DNA of 64,000 bases from Acidobacteriota bacterium (GCA_019244185.1 JAFATB010000009.1:1-64000); one strand, 5' to 3'; shown: positions 48,029 to 58,664, numbered from the stretch's first letter. The notes: generated by a model from the sequence alone, not told the origin. Numbers and translations are program-made.

Positions 48029-48144
48029 AAAAGCGAATTGAGAACGCGGAACGCAGAACGAAGAATGCAGAAAAAGGACGCGTGTCCTGCGCGGTCCTCT
48101 TTCTACGTTCTGCGTTCTGCGTTCTGCGTTCTTCATTCGCTTTT
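48029..48144. repeat. Heptamer-repeat hairpin (AGAACGC)n / (GCGTTCT)n, copy 1
   Basis: 51-nt arms 48029-48079 and 48094-48144 are near reverse complements. Confidence 0.9.
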
Positions 48145-48154
48145 GGACTAATCC

Positions 48155-49588
48155 ATGGCCACAAAAGACGAAAAGCCACCACTCCACGAACTGCGTCCCG
48201 TCACGCAGGAAGTGCGCATTCCCGAGCGCTTCATCCCGACGCCGACGATCGAGCCGGGGCACAACTTCGCCACGATCACCGATCACATCTCCACGATCGT
48301 CCTGCGCCGCAAGACGCCGTTCGGCTGGCTGATCGGCTTCCTCATCGCCCTCGGCGGCGTCGGCCTGCTCATGGCCACGCTGGCGCTGCTCGTCGGCAAG
48401 GGCGTCGGCATCTGGGGCATCAACCATCCGGTCGGATGGGGCATGGACATCATCAACTTCGTCTGGTGGATCGGCATCGGCCACGCCGGCACGCTGATCT
48501 CCGCGATCCTGCTCCTTCTCCGCCAGGAGTGGCGCACCTCGATCAACCGCTTCGCCGAAGCGATGACGCTGTTCGCCGTCGCCTCGGCCGGCCTGTATCC
48601 CGCGTTCCACACCGGCCGTCCGTGGTATGACTTCTGGCTCTTCCCGTACCCGAACACGATGACGCTGTGGCCGCAGTTCCGCAGCCCGCTGATGTGGGAC
48701 GTCTTCGCGGTCTCGACGTACGCCACCGTCTCGGCGCTCTTCTGGTACGTCGGCCTGATTCCCGATCTCGCGACGCTGCGCGATCGCGCCACGAACCTCT
48801 GGGTCAAGCGTGCGTACGGCGCATTCGCGCTCGGCTGGCGCGGCTCGGCGAAGCACTGGCATCGCTACGAGCACGCGTACCTGCTGCTCGCGGGTCTGTC
48901 GACGCCGCTCGTGCTCTCGGTCCACACCATCGTCTCGTTCGACTTCGCGGTCGCGCAGCTGCCCGGCTGGCACGCGACGTTTTTCCCGCCGTACTTTGTC
49001 GCCGGCGCCGTCTTCGCGGGCTTCGCGATGGTGCTGACGCTGGCCATCCCCGCGCGGAAGTTCTTCCGCCTCGAGGACTTCATCACCATGAAGCACCTCG
49101 AGAACATGGGCAAGGTCATGCTCGCGACGGGACTCATCGTCGCGTACGCGTACGCGATGGAGTGGTATTACGGCCTGTACAGCGGCAACGTCTTCGAGAC
49201 GTTCATGCTGAAGAACCGCGCCACGGGTCCGTACTGGAAGATGTACGTCGCGCTGTGGGTGTGCAATGGTCTCGCGCCGCAGATGATGTGGCTCAAGCGC
49301 TGCCGCACGTCGACGTTCTGGCTGTTCGTCACGGCGATGTTCGTCAACGTCGGCATGTGGCTCGAGCGCTTCGTCATCATCCCCGCGTCGCTGCACCGCG
49401 ACTTCCTCGTGTCGTCGTGGGGCATGTATCACGGCTCGAAATACGACTGGAGCTTCTTCATCGGCTCGATCGGTCTCTTCTTCGCGCTGCTGTTCCTGTT
49501 CGTCCGCTTCCTGCCGATGATCTCCATCTTCGAGATGCGCACGCTGGTCCCCGAGGCGCAGGTGCATGCGGAAGGGGAGGAGCACTAA
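48155..49588 (+). CDS. actC: Alternative complex III quinol-binding subunit ActC (NrfD family)
   Basis: NFVWWIGIGHAGTLISAIL, SINRFAEAMT, HTGRPW, SPLMWDVFAVSTY, GMWLERF. Confidence 0.97.
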   Translation: MATKDEKPPLHELRPVTQEVRIPERFIPTPTIEPGHNFATITDHISTIVLRRKTPFGWLIGFLIALGGVGLLMATLALLVGKGVGIWGINHPVGWGMDIINFVWWIGIGHAGTLISAILLLLRQEWRTSINRFAEAMTLFAVASAGLYPAFHTGRPWYDFWLFPYPNTMTLWPQFRSPLMWDVFAVSTYATVSALFWYVGLIPDLATLRDRATNLWVKRAYGAFALGWRGSAKHWHRYEHAYLLLAGLSTPLVLSVHTIVSFDFAVAQLPGWHATFFPPYFVAGAVFAGFAMVLTLAIPARKFFRLEDFITMKHLENMGKVMLATGLIVAYAYAMEWYYGLYSGNVFETFMLKNRATGPYWKMYVALWVCNGLAPQMMWLKRCRTSTFWLFVTAMFVNVGMWLERFVIIPASLHRDFLVSSWGMYHGSKYDWSFFIGSIGLFFALLFLFVRFLPMISIFEMRTLVPEAQVHAEGEEH

Positions 49589-49593
49589 ACCTC

Positions 49594-50142
49594 ATGGCCA
49601 TCGGAAAAATCAGAGAAGGGTTGTACGGCGTGATCGCCGAATTTCACGACCCGCAGGCGCTGCTCGACGCGACGAACGCGGTGCGCGAGCACGGCTACAC
49701 GTCCATCGACGCGTTCTCGCCGTTCCCGATCCACGGTCTGGCCGAGGCGGTCGGCTTCCACAAGTCGCGCCTCTCCGCGATCGTTCTCGGCATGGGCATC
49801 CTCGGCGGTCTGGGCGGCTTCTTCATGTGCTGGTACGCGAACGTCGTCAGCTATCCGCTCAACATCGGCGGCAAGCCGTACAACTCGTGGCCGGCGTGGA
49901 TCCCGATCACGTTCGAATGCACGATTCTCCTCGCCGCGTTCGGCGCCGTGCTGGGCATGCTCGCCCTCAACGGGCTGCCGATGCCGTATCACCCCGTTTT
50001 CAACGTGCGCCGCTTCGACTCCGCGTCGCGCGACAAGTTCTTCCTCGTCATCCAGGCGCGCGACCCGCGGTTCAACCTCGACGAAGCGCGCGCCCTCCTC
50101 AAAACGCTCGGACCACGGGAGGTCACCGATGTTCCGTGGTGA
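49594..50142 (+). CDS. actD: Alternative complex III subunit ActD (DUF3341)
   Basis: DAFSPFPIHGL, YPLNIGGKP..SWPA.IPITFE, LNGLP. Confidence 0.95.
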   Translation: MAIGKIREGLYGVIAEFHDPQALLDATNAVREHGYTSIDAFSPFPIHGLAEAVGFHKSRLSAIVLGMGILGGLGGFFMCWYANVVSYPLNIGGKPYNSWPAWIPITFECTILLAAFGAVLGMLALNGLPMPYHPVFNVRRFDSASRDKFFLVIQARDPRFNLDEARALLKTLGPREVTDVPW

Positions 50143-50836
50143 TGATCGCGCGCTGCGCGCGCGGAATGAAGAACGCAGAACGCAGAACGCAGAATGCAGA
50201 AAGCGTTCTCCGCGTCGTCATTCTTCATTCTTCATTCTGCGTTCTGCGTTCTTCATTCTGCTTTTCGTCATGGCCGGTTGCCGGCAGAAGATGTCCAACC
50301 AGCCCAAGTACGACCCGCTCGAGGCGTCGGACTTTTTCGCGGACGGCATGTCCGCGCGGCCGCGCGTGCCGGGCACGATCGCGCGGGGCGAGCTGTCGAA
50401 CGATCCGTTTCTCGATACCGGCAAGATCAACGGCGTCGAGGCGGACGGCTTCCCGTTCCCGGTGACGCGCGCCGTCGTCGATCGCGGCGAACAGCGCTTC
50501 AACATCTACTGCTCCGAATGCCACGGCCGCGTCGGCGACGGCAACGGCATGATTCCGTCGCGCGGCTATCGCCATCCGCCGTCGTTCCACACGGCGTCGC
50601 TGCGCGCGGCGAACACGGGACATTTCTTCGACGTGATGACCAGTGGATTCGGCGCGATGCCGCCGTACGGCACCATGATTCCGACGCGCGACCGCTGGGC
50701 GATCGTCGCCTACATCCGCGCGCTGCAGCTCAGCCAGAACGCGACCGTGGCGGACGTGCCGCCCGCGCAGCGCGCGAACCTCGACGCTCCGGCGGAAGAC
50801 GCGGCCGCGAGCCCGGCGGCGGAGGCGACGCACTGA
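50129..50836 (+). CDS. actE: Alternative complex III monoheme lipoprotein ActE
   Basis: GGAGGT SD; lipobox MAGC-RQKM..QPK, GTIARG, CSECHG, GFGAMP, DRWAIVAYIRALQ. Confidence 0.93.
   Translation: MFRGDDRALRARNEERRTQNAECRKRSPRRHSSFFILRSAFFILLFVMAGCRQKMSNQPKYDPLEASDFFADGMSARPRVPGTIARGELSNDPFLDTGKINGVEADGFPFPVTRAVVDRGEQRFNIYCSECHGRVGDGNGMIPSRGYRHPPSFHTASLRAANTGHFFDVMTSGFGAMPPYGTMIPTRDRWAIVAYIRALQLSQNATVADVPPAQRANLDAPAEDAAASPAAEATH
50161..50261. repeat. Heptamer-repeat hairpin, copy 2 (inside the 5' end of actE)
   Basis: 41-nt arms 50161-50201 and 50221-50261, built from AGAACGC/AGAATGA units and their complements. Confidence 0.9.
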
Positions 50837-52050
50837 TGAGCGCCGATACGCAAACCTCCCGTCCGCACGCCACCGGCATCGCCCGCGCGCAGACGCCGCT
50901 GCTCATCGTCGGCATCATCGGCATCGTCGTCGCCGCGATCGGCTTCGTCACGAACGCGCCGGAGTTCTATCGCGCCTGGCTGCCGGCGTTCATCTTCTGG
51001 TTCTTCATCCCCGCGGGCGCGCTCGGCGTGCTCTGCCTGCAGTACGTCACCGGCGGCGAGTGGGGTCTGCTCATCCGCCGTCCGCTCGGCGCGGCCGCGC
51101 GCACGCTGCCGCTGTTCCTCCTCTTCGGATTGCCGATCGTCTTCGGCCTGCAGTACGTCTACGCGTGGGCGAACCACGACATCGTCGCGCACGACGTGCT
51201 GCTCTCGCGCAAGTCGGTCTATCTCAATCCGACCGCGTGGATCATCCGCACGCTCGTCTATTTCGCGCTGTGGACGCTGTGGGCGTGGCGCATCCGCATC
51301 CTCTCGCTCGACTTCGCGAAGACGCGCTCGCCGTACACGGAGCTCACGCGCCGCCGCTGGAGCGCCGCGGGCCTGCTGATGATCGTGCTCACGCTCACCA
51401 CGACCTCGGTCGACTGGGTGATGTCGCTCGAGCCGAAGTGGTATTCGTCGATGTACGGCATCGCGTTCACCGTCAGCGCGGGTCTCTCCGCGTTCGCGTT
51501 CGTGACGTTCTTCCTCACGCTCCTCGCCGACAACCCGGCCATGGAAGGCGTGCTCAAGCCGATGCACTTCCGCGACCTCGGCAACCTGATGCTCGCCTTC
51601 ACGATGCTCTGGGCGTACACGAACTTCTCGCAGTTCCTGCTCGTCTGGTACGGCAACATCAAGGAAGAGACGCCCTACTACCTCAAGCGCATGCACGGCG
51701 TCTGGGGCTGGATGGCCGCGGCCCTCGTGCTGTTCCACTTCTTCCTGCCGTTCTTCATGCTGCTCATGCGCTCGATCAAGGACCGGCCGAAGACGATCGC
51801 CATCGTCACGGTGGTGATCCTCATCATGCGCTTCGTCGATACGTACTGGCTGATCGGCCCGGCGTACGGCTACGAGCACTTCCACTTCTCCTGGATCACG
51901 ATTTTCGCGTTCATCGGCATCGGCGGGCTGTGGCTCGCCGCGTTCATCGCGCAACTGAAGGGACAGACCATCATCCCGATTCACGAGTCGTGGGTCGACG
52001 AGGCGCTGCGCGAGGGAACGCTGCAACGGGAGGCCGTGCGCCATGCCTGA
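50836..52050 (+). CDS. actF: Alternative complex III subunit ActF
   Basis: TGGEW, K..YLN, DWVMSLEPKWYSSMYG, DLGNLM.AF..LWAY..FSQFLLVWYGN. Confidence 0.95.
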   Translation: MSADTQTSRPHATGIARAQTPLLIVGIIGIVVAAIGFVTNAPEFYRAWLPAFIFWFFIPAGALGVLCLQYVTGGEWGLLIRRPLGAAARTLPLFLLFGLPIVFGLQYVYAWANHDIVAHDVLLSRKSVYLNPTAWIIRTLVYFALWTLWAWRIRILSLDFAKTRSPYTELTRRRWSAAGLLMIVLTLTTTSVDWVMSLEPKWYSSMYGIAFTVSAGLSAFAFVTFFLTLLADNPAMEGVLKPMHFRDLGNLMLAFTMLWAYTNFSQFLLVWYGNIKEETPYYLKRMHGVWGWMAAALVLFHFFLPFFMLLMRSIKDRPKTIAIVTVVILIMRFVDTYWLIGPAYGYEHFHFSWITIFAFIGIGGLWLAAFIAQLKGQTIIPIHESWVDEALREGTLQREAVRHA

Positions 52051-52660
52051 GCATTACCACTACGAGGACGACGATCTCTTCAACCCGGAGACGAAGCACG
52101 AGGAATCCGACGTGCCGCTCAGCCCCCTTTTCTGGGGTATCGCCGGCTTCATCGTCTTCGCAATCATCACGCACTTCCTGATCTACGGCTTCTATCAGGG
52201 ACTGCGCAAAATCGAGCGCGGGCACACGCCGCCGCCGCAGACCGCGATCGCCATTCCGCCGAACTCCAACGTTCCGCAGAACCAGCCGCTGCTCCAGCCG
52301 TTCCCGCGCAAGATCGCGAACGGCGAGATCCTCGCGCCGAACCGCGGCACGCCCGTGGTCGACCTGCTGGACATGCGGAAAGGCGAGGAGAAGGTCCTGC
52401 GGAATTACGGCTGGGTCGACAAGCAGAAAGGCGTCGTGCACATCCCGATCGACGTCGCCAAAGATCTCGCCGTGCAGCGCCTCGCCAGCGCCGCGCCGCA
52501 CGTTCCCGCGTCCGCTCCGGGCGCCGGCGTGCCGCCGGCGGCGGTGACGCCCGACACCGGCGTCGCTCCCGCGCCCGCCGCGACGAATCCCGCCGCCGCG
52601 GCGCCGGCGGGCGCGAACACCGCCACCACGACCTCGACCACCGGAGGCACGCCGCAGTGA
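52043..52660 (+). CDS. actG: ActG-like single-TM subunit
   Basis: HEESDV, one TM, P.LQ..P, L.NYGWVD...GVVHIPID.A; position after actF. Confidence 0.75.
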   Translation: MPEHYHYEDDDLFNPETKHEESDVPLSPLFWGIAGFIVFAIITHFLIYGFYQGLRKIERGHTPPPQTAIAIPPNSNVPQNQPLLQPFPRKIANGEILAPNRGTPVVDLLDMRKGEEKVLRNYGWVDKQKGVVHIPIDVAKDLAVQRLASAAPHVPASAPGAGVPPAAVTPDTGVAPAPAATNPAAAAPAGANTATTTSTTGGTPQ

Positions 52661-53475
52661 TCCTCCGCCGCGCGTGTGCCGCGTTGTTGCTCGTCGCTGC
52701 CGTCGCCGCGTCCGCGCAGACGTCGTCGACGCCCGCGCGGCTTCCCGGCAACGTCAGCATCGCGCAGAAGCTCGGCTCGCGCATTCCGCTGCAGCTGATG
52801 TTCCGCGACGAGACTGGCGGCGTCGTGCATCTCGACTCGTACTTTCATCACGACAAGCCGGTGCTGCTGCAGTTCGTCTACTACAGCTGCCCGATGCTCT
52901 GTCCGATGGTCCTCGAGGGGACGACCAGCGCCCTGACGGAGCTGAAGTTCGACATCAACAAACAGTTCGACGTCATCACCGTCAGCATGGATCCGCGCGA
53001 CAAGCCGGCCGCGGCGATGCAGTTCAAGGAGAAGTACCTTCGCCGCTACGGACGCCTCGAGTCCGCGCCGGGCTGGCACTTCCTCACGGGCAACGAGTCG
53101 TCGATCAAGGCGCTCGCGGACTCCGTCGGCTTTCAGTTCGCGTACGACGGGCAGCGCGACCAGTTCGCGCACGGCGCCGCGCTGATGGTCCTCACGCCCG
53201 AGGGGGTTACGTCACGGTATTTCTACGGCTTCGAGTACAAGCCGCGCGATCTGCGTTTGGCCATCACCGAAGCCTCGGCAGGAAAAGTCGGAGGGTTCAC
53301 CGAACAGCTTCTTCTCCTCTGCTACCACTACGACCCGGCCGTCGGGAAGTACAGCCGCGACGCGATGACGTTCGCCCGCGCCGGCGGCGTCGCCACCGTG
53401 GCCTTCCTGGGGGGCTTCATCTTCCTCATGCTGCGGAGTGAGCGGCGGAAGTCATCGTTCGAGACGACACCATGA
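52657..53475 (+). CDS. SCO1/SenC copper chaperone
   Basis: YYSCPMLC (CxxxC), WHFLTG, QFAH, SRYFYG. Confidence 0.93.
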   Translation: MILRRACAALLLVAAVAASAQTSSTPARLPGNVSIAQKLGSRIPLQLMFRDETGGVVHLDSYFHHDKPVLLQFVYYSCPMLCPMVLEGTTSALTELKFDINKQFDVITVSMDPRDKPAAAMQFKEKYLRRYGRLESAPGWHFLTGNESSIKALADSVGFQFAYDGQRDQFAHGAALMVLTPEGVTSRYFYGFEYKPRDLRLAITEASAGKVGGFTEQLLLLCYHYDPAVGKYSRDAMTFARAGGVATVAFLGGFIFLMLRSERRKSSFETTP

Positions 53476-54524
53476 TGCTTGCGGATTTCCCACTGTTTCC
53501 CGAACAGGCGTCGACCGCCGCGCGCACCGTCGACACCCTGTATCTGTTCCTCGTCGCCCTCACCGGCACGGTGTCGATCCTCATCTGGATCGTCATCTTC
53601 TACTTCGCCATCAAGTACCGTCGCCGTCCCGACAACGAGCTGGCGCAGGAGCAGGAGCCGCCGAAGGCGCTCGAGCTCACCTGGACCATCGTTCCGACCA
53701 TCATCTTCCTCGGCATCTTCGTCTGGGGCGCGTGGGCGTTCTTCCACGTGCAGCGCGTGCCGGACGACGCCATCGAGGTCTACGCGACCGGCCGCCAGTG
53801 GATGTGGAAGTTCCAGCACGCGAGCGGACAGCGCGAGATCAACACGCTGCACGTGCCCGTCAATCGGCCCGTGAAGATCACGTTCGCATCCGAAGACATC
53901 ATTCACAGCCTCTGGTTCCCCGCGTTCCGCGTGAAGGCGGACGTGCTGCCGAGCCGCTATCGCACGATGTGGTTCCAGGCCACGAAGACGGGACGCTTCC
54001 ACATCTTCTGCGCCGAGTACTGCGGCACGCTGCACTCCGGCATGACGGGGTGGGTGGAAGTGATGGAGCCGACCGCGTATCAGCGCTGGCTGGCCGGCGG
54101 CAGCGAAGGCTCGATGGCCTCGCAGGGCGAGCAGCTCTTCCAGAAATACGCGTGCAACACCTGCCACACGAACGACGCCACCGGCCGCGGCCCCGTGCTC
54201 GCGGGCCTGTACGGCAAGACCATTCAGCTCGCCGACAACCGCAACGTCGTCGCCGACGACAACTACATCCGCGAGTCGATCCTCAATCCGCAGGCGAAGA
54301 TCGCGAAAGGCTTCACGCCGATCATGCCGACGTTCCAGGGACAGGTGAGCGAGGAAGACCTCATGCGCCTGCTCGCGTACGTGAAGTCGCTCGGCCAGCC
54401 GCAGACGTCGTCGCTCGCGGTCGAGTCGCCGCGATCGCTGCAGACGAGCGCCGGCGCTCCGACCACGACCGGCGCCGCCGCATCGACGAGCACCGCCGCT
54501 CCGGCCACGAACACGAATCCATAG
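53472..54524 (+). CDS. ctaC: Cytochrome c oxidase subunit II with fused cytochrome c (caa3 type)
   Basis: [18 protein letters not shown], CuA motif [13 protein letters not shown]-terminal CNTCH. Confidence 0.97.
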   Translation: MMLADFPLFPEQASTAARTVDTLYLFLVALTGTVSILIWIVIFYFAIKYRRRPDNELAQEQEPPKALELTWTIVPTIIFLGIFVWGAWAFFHVQRVPDDAIEVYATGRQWMWKFQHASGQREINTLHVPVNRPVKITFASEDIIHSLWFPAFRVKADVLPSRYRTMWFQATKTGRFHIFCAEYCGTLHSGMTGWVEVMEPTAYQRWLAGGSEGSMASQGEQLFQKYACNTCHTNDATGRGPVLAGLYGKTIQLADNRNVVADDNYIRESILNPQAKIAKGFTPIMPTFQGQVSEEDLMRLLAYVKSLGQPQTSSLAVESPRSLQTSAGAPTTTGAAASTSTAAPATNTNP

Positions 54525-54534
54525 GTATCGAACG

Positions 54535-56196
54535 ATGACCACAACGACCATCGACGAAGCACCGTTCATCGAGCCGAGCACCACGGCCAAGCGGAACTAC
54601 ATCAACGACGAATACGGCGTGATGTCGTGGCTGCTCACGCGGGACCACAAGCGCATCGCCATCCTCTACATGATCAGCGTCACGGCGCTGTTCTTCGTCG
54701 GAGGCTTCTTCGCGTTCATGATGCGCCTCGAGTTGCTCACGCCCGAGGGCGACCTGTTCACGTCCGACACCTACAACAAGTTCTTCACGCTGCACGGCAT
54801 CGTGATGATCTTCTTCTTCCTGATTCCCGCGATCCCGGCGGTGCTCGGGAACTTCATCCTGCCGATCATGCTGGGCGCGAAAGACCTCGCATTCCCGAGG
54901 ATCAACCTGCTCAGCTGGTACATCTACATGATCGGCGCGATCTTCGGGATCTACGTGATCGTCACCGGCGGCGTCGACACCGGCTGGACGTTCTACACGC
55001 CGTTCTCGACGCAGTACTCGAACACGCACGTCTTCGCCACGACGATGGGCGCGTTCATCACCGGCTTCTCGTCGATCCTCACGGGCCTCAACTTCATCGT
55101 CACCGTGCACCGCATGCGCGCGCCGGGACTCACCTGGTTCCGCCTGCCGCTGTTCGTCTGGTCGATGTACGCGACGAGCGTGGTCATGCTGCTGGCGACG
55201 CCGGTGCTGGCCATCACGCTCGCGCTGCTGATGATCGAGCGCGTGCTGAGCGTCGGCATCTTCGATCCCGCGCTCGGCGGCGATCCGCTGCTGTATCAGC
55301 ACCTCTTCTGGTTCTACTCGCACCCGGCCGTCTACATCATGATTCTGCCGGGCATGGCCGTGATCTCGGAGCTCGTGGCCGCGTTCACGCGCAAGAAGAT
55401 CTTCGGCTACAAGTTCGTGGCGTTCTCCTCGCTCGCGATCGCCTTCCTCGGCTTCCTCGTGTGGGCGCACCACATGTTCGTGGCCGGCATCTCCGTCTAC
55501 TCCGCGCTCGTCTTCTCGTTCCTGACGATGTTCGTCGCGGTGCCGTCAGCGATCAAAGTCTTCAACTGGACCGCCACGATGTACAAGGCCTCGGTGTCGT
55601 GGCAGACGCCGATGCTGTACGTCCTCGGCTTCATCGGCCTCTTCACCATCGGCGGCGTCACGGGACTCTTCCTCGCCGCGCTCGGCGTCGACGTGCACGT
55701 GCACGACAGCTACTTTGTCGTCGCGCACTTCCACTACATCATGGTCGGCGGCACGGTGATGGCCTACCTCGGCGGCATTCACTACTGGTGGCCGAAGATC
55801 ACCGGGCGCATGTATCCCGAATGGTGGGCGCGCCTCTCCGCGCTGCTCGTCTTCGTCGGCTTCAACCTGACCTTCTTCCCGCAGTTCCTCGTCGGCTACG
55901 TCGGCATGCCGCGCCGCTATCACGCGTACGCGCCGGAGTTCCAGGTGCTGAACGTGCTCTCGACCGCGGGCGCGACGGTGCTCGCCGCCGGCTATCTGCT
56001 GCCGATGATCTACCTCGCCTGGTCGCTCAAGTTCGGCCGCCGCGCGGGCGTCAATCCGTGGGGCGCGGTCGGACTGGAATGGGCGACCTCGTCGCCGCCG
56101 CCGAAAGAGAACTTCCACGAGACGCCGGTCGTCACGTGGGACGCGTACGACTATCCCGCGTTCCTCAAGGCGATGAAGGAAACGCAGAATGTCTGA
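54535..56196 (+). CDS. ctaD: Cytochrome c oxidase subunit I, type A2
   Basis: [26 protein letters not shown] (YS motif), VWAHHM, VAHFHY, GMPRRY. Confidence 0.98.
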   Translation: MTTTTIDEAPFIEPSTTAKRNYINDEYGVMSWLLTRDHKRIAILYMISVTALFFVGGFFAFMMRLELLTPEGDLFTSDTYNKFFTLHGIVMIFFFLIPAIPAVLGNFILPIMLGAKDLAFPRINLLSWYIYMIGAIFGIYVIVTGGVDTGWTFYTPFSTQYSNTHVFATTMGAFITGFSSILTGLNFIVTVHRMRAPGLTWFRLPLFVWSMYATSVVMLLATPVLAITLALLMIERVLSVGIFDPALGGDPLLYQHLFWFYSHPAVYIMILPGMAVISELVAAFTRKKIFGYKFVAFSSLAIAFLGFLVWAHHMFVAGISVYSALVFSFLTMFVAVPSAIKVFNWTATMYKASVSWQTPMLYVLGFIGLFTIGGVTGLFLAALGVDVHVHDSYFVVAHFHYIMVGGTVMAYLGGIHYWWPKITGRMYPEWWARLSALLVFVGFNLTFFPQFLVGYVGMPRRYHAYAPEFQVLNVLSTAGATVLAAGYLLPMIYLAWSLKFGRRAGVNPWGAVGLEWATSSPPPKENFHETPVVTWDAYDYPAFLKAMKETQNV

Positions 56197-56902
56197 CGTC
56201 ACGCTCCATCACGGCGCCGAGCACGCGGCCGAGCCGCACGCGCACGCGCATCACCATCCGTTCCTCCAGCATCACTTCGAGGACCTCGGGCAGCAGCACG
56301 AGGCTTCGACGCTGGGCATGTGGATGTTCCTCGCGACGGAGATCCTCTTCTTCGGCGGCTTCTTCCTCGCGTACACGGTCTATCGCAACATGTATCCCGA
56401 GGCGTGGGCCGCGGGCGCGCATCATCAGAACTGGATGGTCGGCACGATCAACACGATCGTGCTGATCGGCAGCTCGCTCTCGATGGCCCTCGCGGTGTAC
56501 GGAGCGCAGACCGCGAAGCGGAAGTTCACCACGCTGATGCTCGTCCTCACGCTGCTCCTCGGCGGCGTGTTTCTCGGCGTGAAAGCGTACGAGTACAGCA
56601 TTCACATCGAGGAAGGTCTCTTCCCCGGCTCTCACTTCACGTACGTGCATCACGCCGATCCGTCGCTCACGCGCGGCATCGAGCTGTTCATGGTCTTCTA
56701 CTTCGGCATGACCGGCATGCACGCGCTGCACATGGTCATCGGCTTCGGCCTGCTGCTGTACTTCATCCGCCGCGCGTGGCGGGGCGACTTCGGCGAGGAG
56801 TACTACAGCCCGATCGAGATCATGGGTCTGTACTGGCACTTCGTTGACATCGTCTGGATCTTCCTCTTCCCGCTGCTGTATCTGATCCACGGAGGAGCGT
56901 GA
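56189..56902 (+). CDS. ctaE: Cytochrome c oxidase subunit III
   Basis: [47 protein letters not shown]. Confidence 0.97.
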   Translation: MSDVTLHHGAEHAAEPHAHAHHHPFLQHHFEDLGQQHEASTLGMWMFLATEILFFGGFFLAYTVYRNMYPEAWAAGAHHQNWMVGTINTIVLIGSSLSMALAVYGAQTAKRKFTTLMLVLTLLLGGVFLGVKAYEYSIHIEEGLFPGSHFTYVHHADPSLTRGIELFMVFYFGMTGMHALHMVIGFGLLLYFIRRAWRGDFGEEYYSPIEIMGLYWHFVDIVWIFLFPLLYLIHGGA

Positions 56903-57243
56903 TGGCGCAATCGCATCACACAACCGATCACTCCGATCATGTCGGCCACGCGCCGGCGCATCACGAGGCGTCGCTGACGGCGTACTTCGTCGTCTTCTTC
57001 GCGCTGATGGTCTTCACGGTGCTCACCGTCGCGGCGAGCCGCGTGAACCTCGGCGTCTGGAACACGCCGCTCGCGCTGGCGATCGCGGTCACGAAAGCGG
57101 TGATGGTCATCCTCTGGTTCATGCACGTGATCCATTCGCCGCGCATGACGTGGATCGTGATCATCAGCTCGTTCCTCTGGCTGGGCGTGATGTTCGTGCT
57201 GATCTTCTCGGACTACCTGACGCGCGCGTTCAACATCTTCTGA
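56902..57243 (+). CDS. ctaF: Cytochrome c oxidase subunit IV
   Basis: Y..VFFALM.FT.LTV, IA..KA..V...FMHV, DY.TR. Confidence 0.9.
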   Translation: MAQSHHTTDHSDHVGHAPAHHEASLTAYFVVFFALMVFTVLTVAASRVNLGVWNTPLALAIAVTKAVMVILWFMHVIHSPRMTWIVIISSFLWLGVMFVLIFSDYLTRAFNIF

Positions 57244-57246
57244 GCC

Positions 57247-58608
57247 TCACAGCGGCGCGATCGTTTTCGCGGCGAGCTTCTCGAAACGCACCAGCAGCAG
57301 CACCGCGACGACGCTGAGACCCGCGCAGAGTCCCCACCACAGTCCGACGACGCCGAGGCCGGCGTGGAAGCCGAGCCAGAGCGCGACCGGCAGGCCGATG
57401 AGCCAGTGGCCGAGGAGATTCGCGTACATCGGAAAGCGCGTGTCGCCCGCGCCGCGCAGCGCGCCTGCGCCGATGGCCTGCAATCCGTCGGAGAGCTGGA
57501 ACACGGCGGCGACCATGAAGAGCGGGATCGACGCGAGGATGATCGTCTCCTGATCGGTGACGAGCCGCGCCACGCGCGTCGGCGCGAGCGCGAACGTCAG
57601 CGCGGCGAGCGTCATGATGCCGGCGCCGGCGAGAAATGCCACGCGTCCCGCGGTGCGCGTCGCGAGCGGATCGCGCGCGCCGATGCCGATGCTCACGCGC
57701 ACGGTGCCCGCCGCCGCGACGCCGAGCGCAATCGTGTACGTGAAGGACGCCACGCTGAGCACGAGCTGATGCGCGGCGAGCGGTGCCGTGCCGAGCCGCG
57801 CCGCGAGCACGCCGACCAGCGCGAAGATGCCGATCTCCGCGCCGAGCTGCAAGCCGATCGGCATGCCGACGCGGAACGCTTTCGCGAGATCTTCGCGGCG
57901 CGGGCGGCGGTCGACGCGCTCGCGCGATCCGACGCGGCGCGCGGCCGCGGCGAGCATCGCCAGCTGTAGGAAGTTGCAGAACACCGTCGACAGCGCCGCG
58001 CCGGGCACGCCCATCGCCGGAATGCGCCGCAACGGTCCGCACCACGCCGGCAGTCCGCCGCCGCCGAAGATCAGCAGAATGTCGCCGCCGAAATTCACCA
58101 CGTTCGCCGCGAGCATGGTCGTCAGCATCGGCCGCGTCACGCCGTGTGCCTGCAGGTACGCGCGGATGACGAGGTAGACGAGGAACGGCAGCACGCTGAT
58201 CATGCGGATGAGCAGGAAGCTGCGCGACGGCGCGACGAGCTCCGCCTGCACGCCCGCATACGGCAGCGCGATCGCGACCGACGTCATCACGATCATCAGC
58301 GCGATCGAGACGAGCATCGCCAGCCAGACGCCCTGCCACAGCATCCGCCGCGCACGCGCGGGATCGCCCGCGCCGATCGCCTGCGCGATGAGCGGATCGA
58401 CGCCGAACACCGTGCCCATGCCGATGATCGCCGCGGAGAAGAAGAGCGTGTTGCCGAGTCCCGCCGACGCGAGCTCGCGCGCGCCGACGCGGCCGAGGAC
58501 CGCGACGTCGACGAGACCCATGAGCTGCGTGCCTGCCTGCGCCGCGGCAATCGGCGGCGCCAGGCGCAGCAGCTCGCGCCATTCGCGCTTCGTGACGGAA
58601 ACGGGCAT
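57247..58608 (-). CDS. MATE-family efflux transporter
   Basis: LA.P...Q.....MG.VD...LGR.G..ELA, G.PIGLQ, QLSDGLQ....GALRGAGDTR. Confidence 0.95.
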   Translation of the reverse strand: MPVSVTKREWRELLRLAPPIAAAQAGTQLMGLVDVAVLGRVGARELASAGLGNTLFFSAAIIGMGTVFGVDPLIAQAIGAGDPARARRMLWQGVWLAMLVSIALMIVMTSVAIALPYAGVQAELVAPSRSFLLIRMISVLPFLVYLVIRAYLQAHGVTRPMLTTMLAANVVNFGGDILLIFGGGGLPAWCGPLRRIPAMGVPGAALSTVFCNFLQLAMLAAAARRVGSRERVDRRPRREDLAKAFRVGMPIGLQLGAEIGIFALVGVLAARLGTAPLAAHQLVLSVASFTYTIALGVAAAGTVRVSIGIGARDPLATRTAGRVAFLAGAGIMTLAALTFALAPTRVARLVTDQETIILASIPLFMVAAVFQLSDGLQAIGAGALRGAGDTRFPMYANLLGHWLIGLPVALWLGFHAGLGVVGLWWGLCAGLSVVAVLLLVRFEKLAAKTIAPL

Positions 58609-58664
58609 GAAGCGCCGGATTTTAGTAGGATTCGCGCCCTGAACCTCGTCTGAAGGACTTCTCC

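Noticed and set aside
48029-50261. Possible CRISPR array or simple terminators at the heptamer repeats
   Set aside because: No repeat-spacer periodicity and no cas genes; the units are contiguous 7-mers in inverted arms inside an operon
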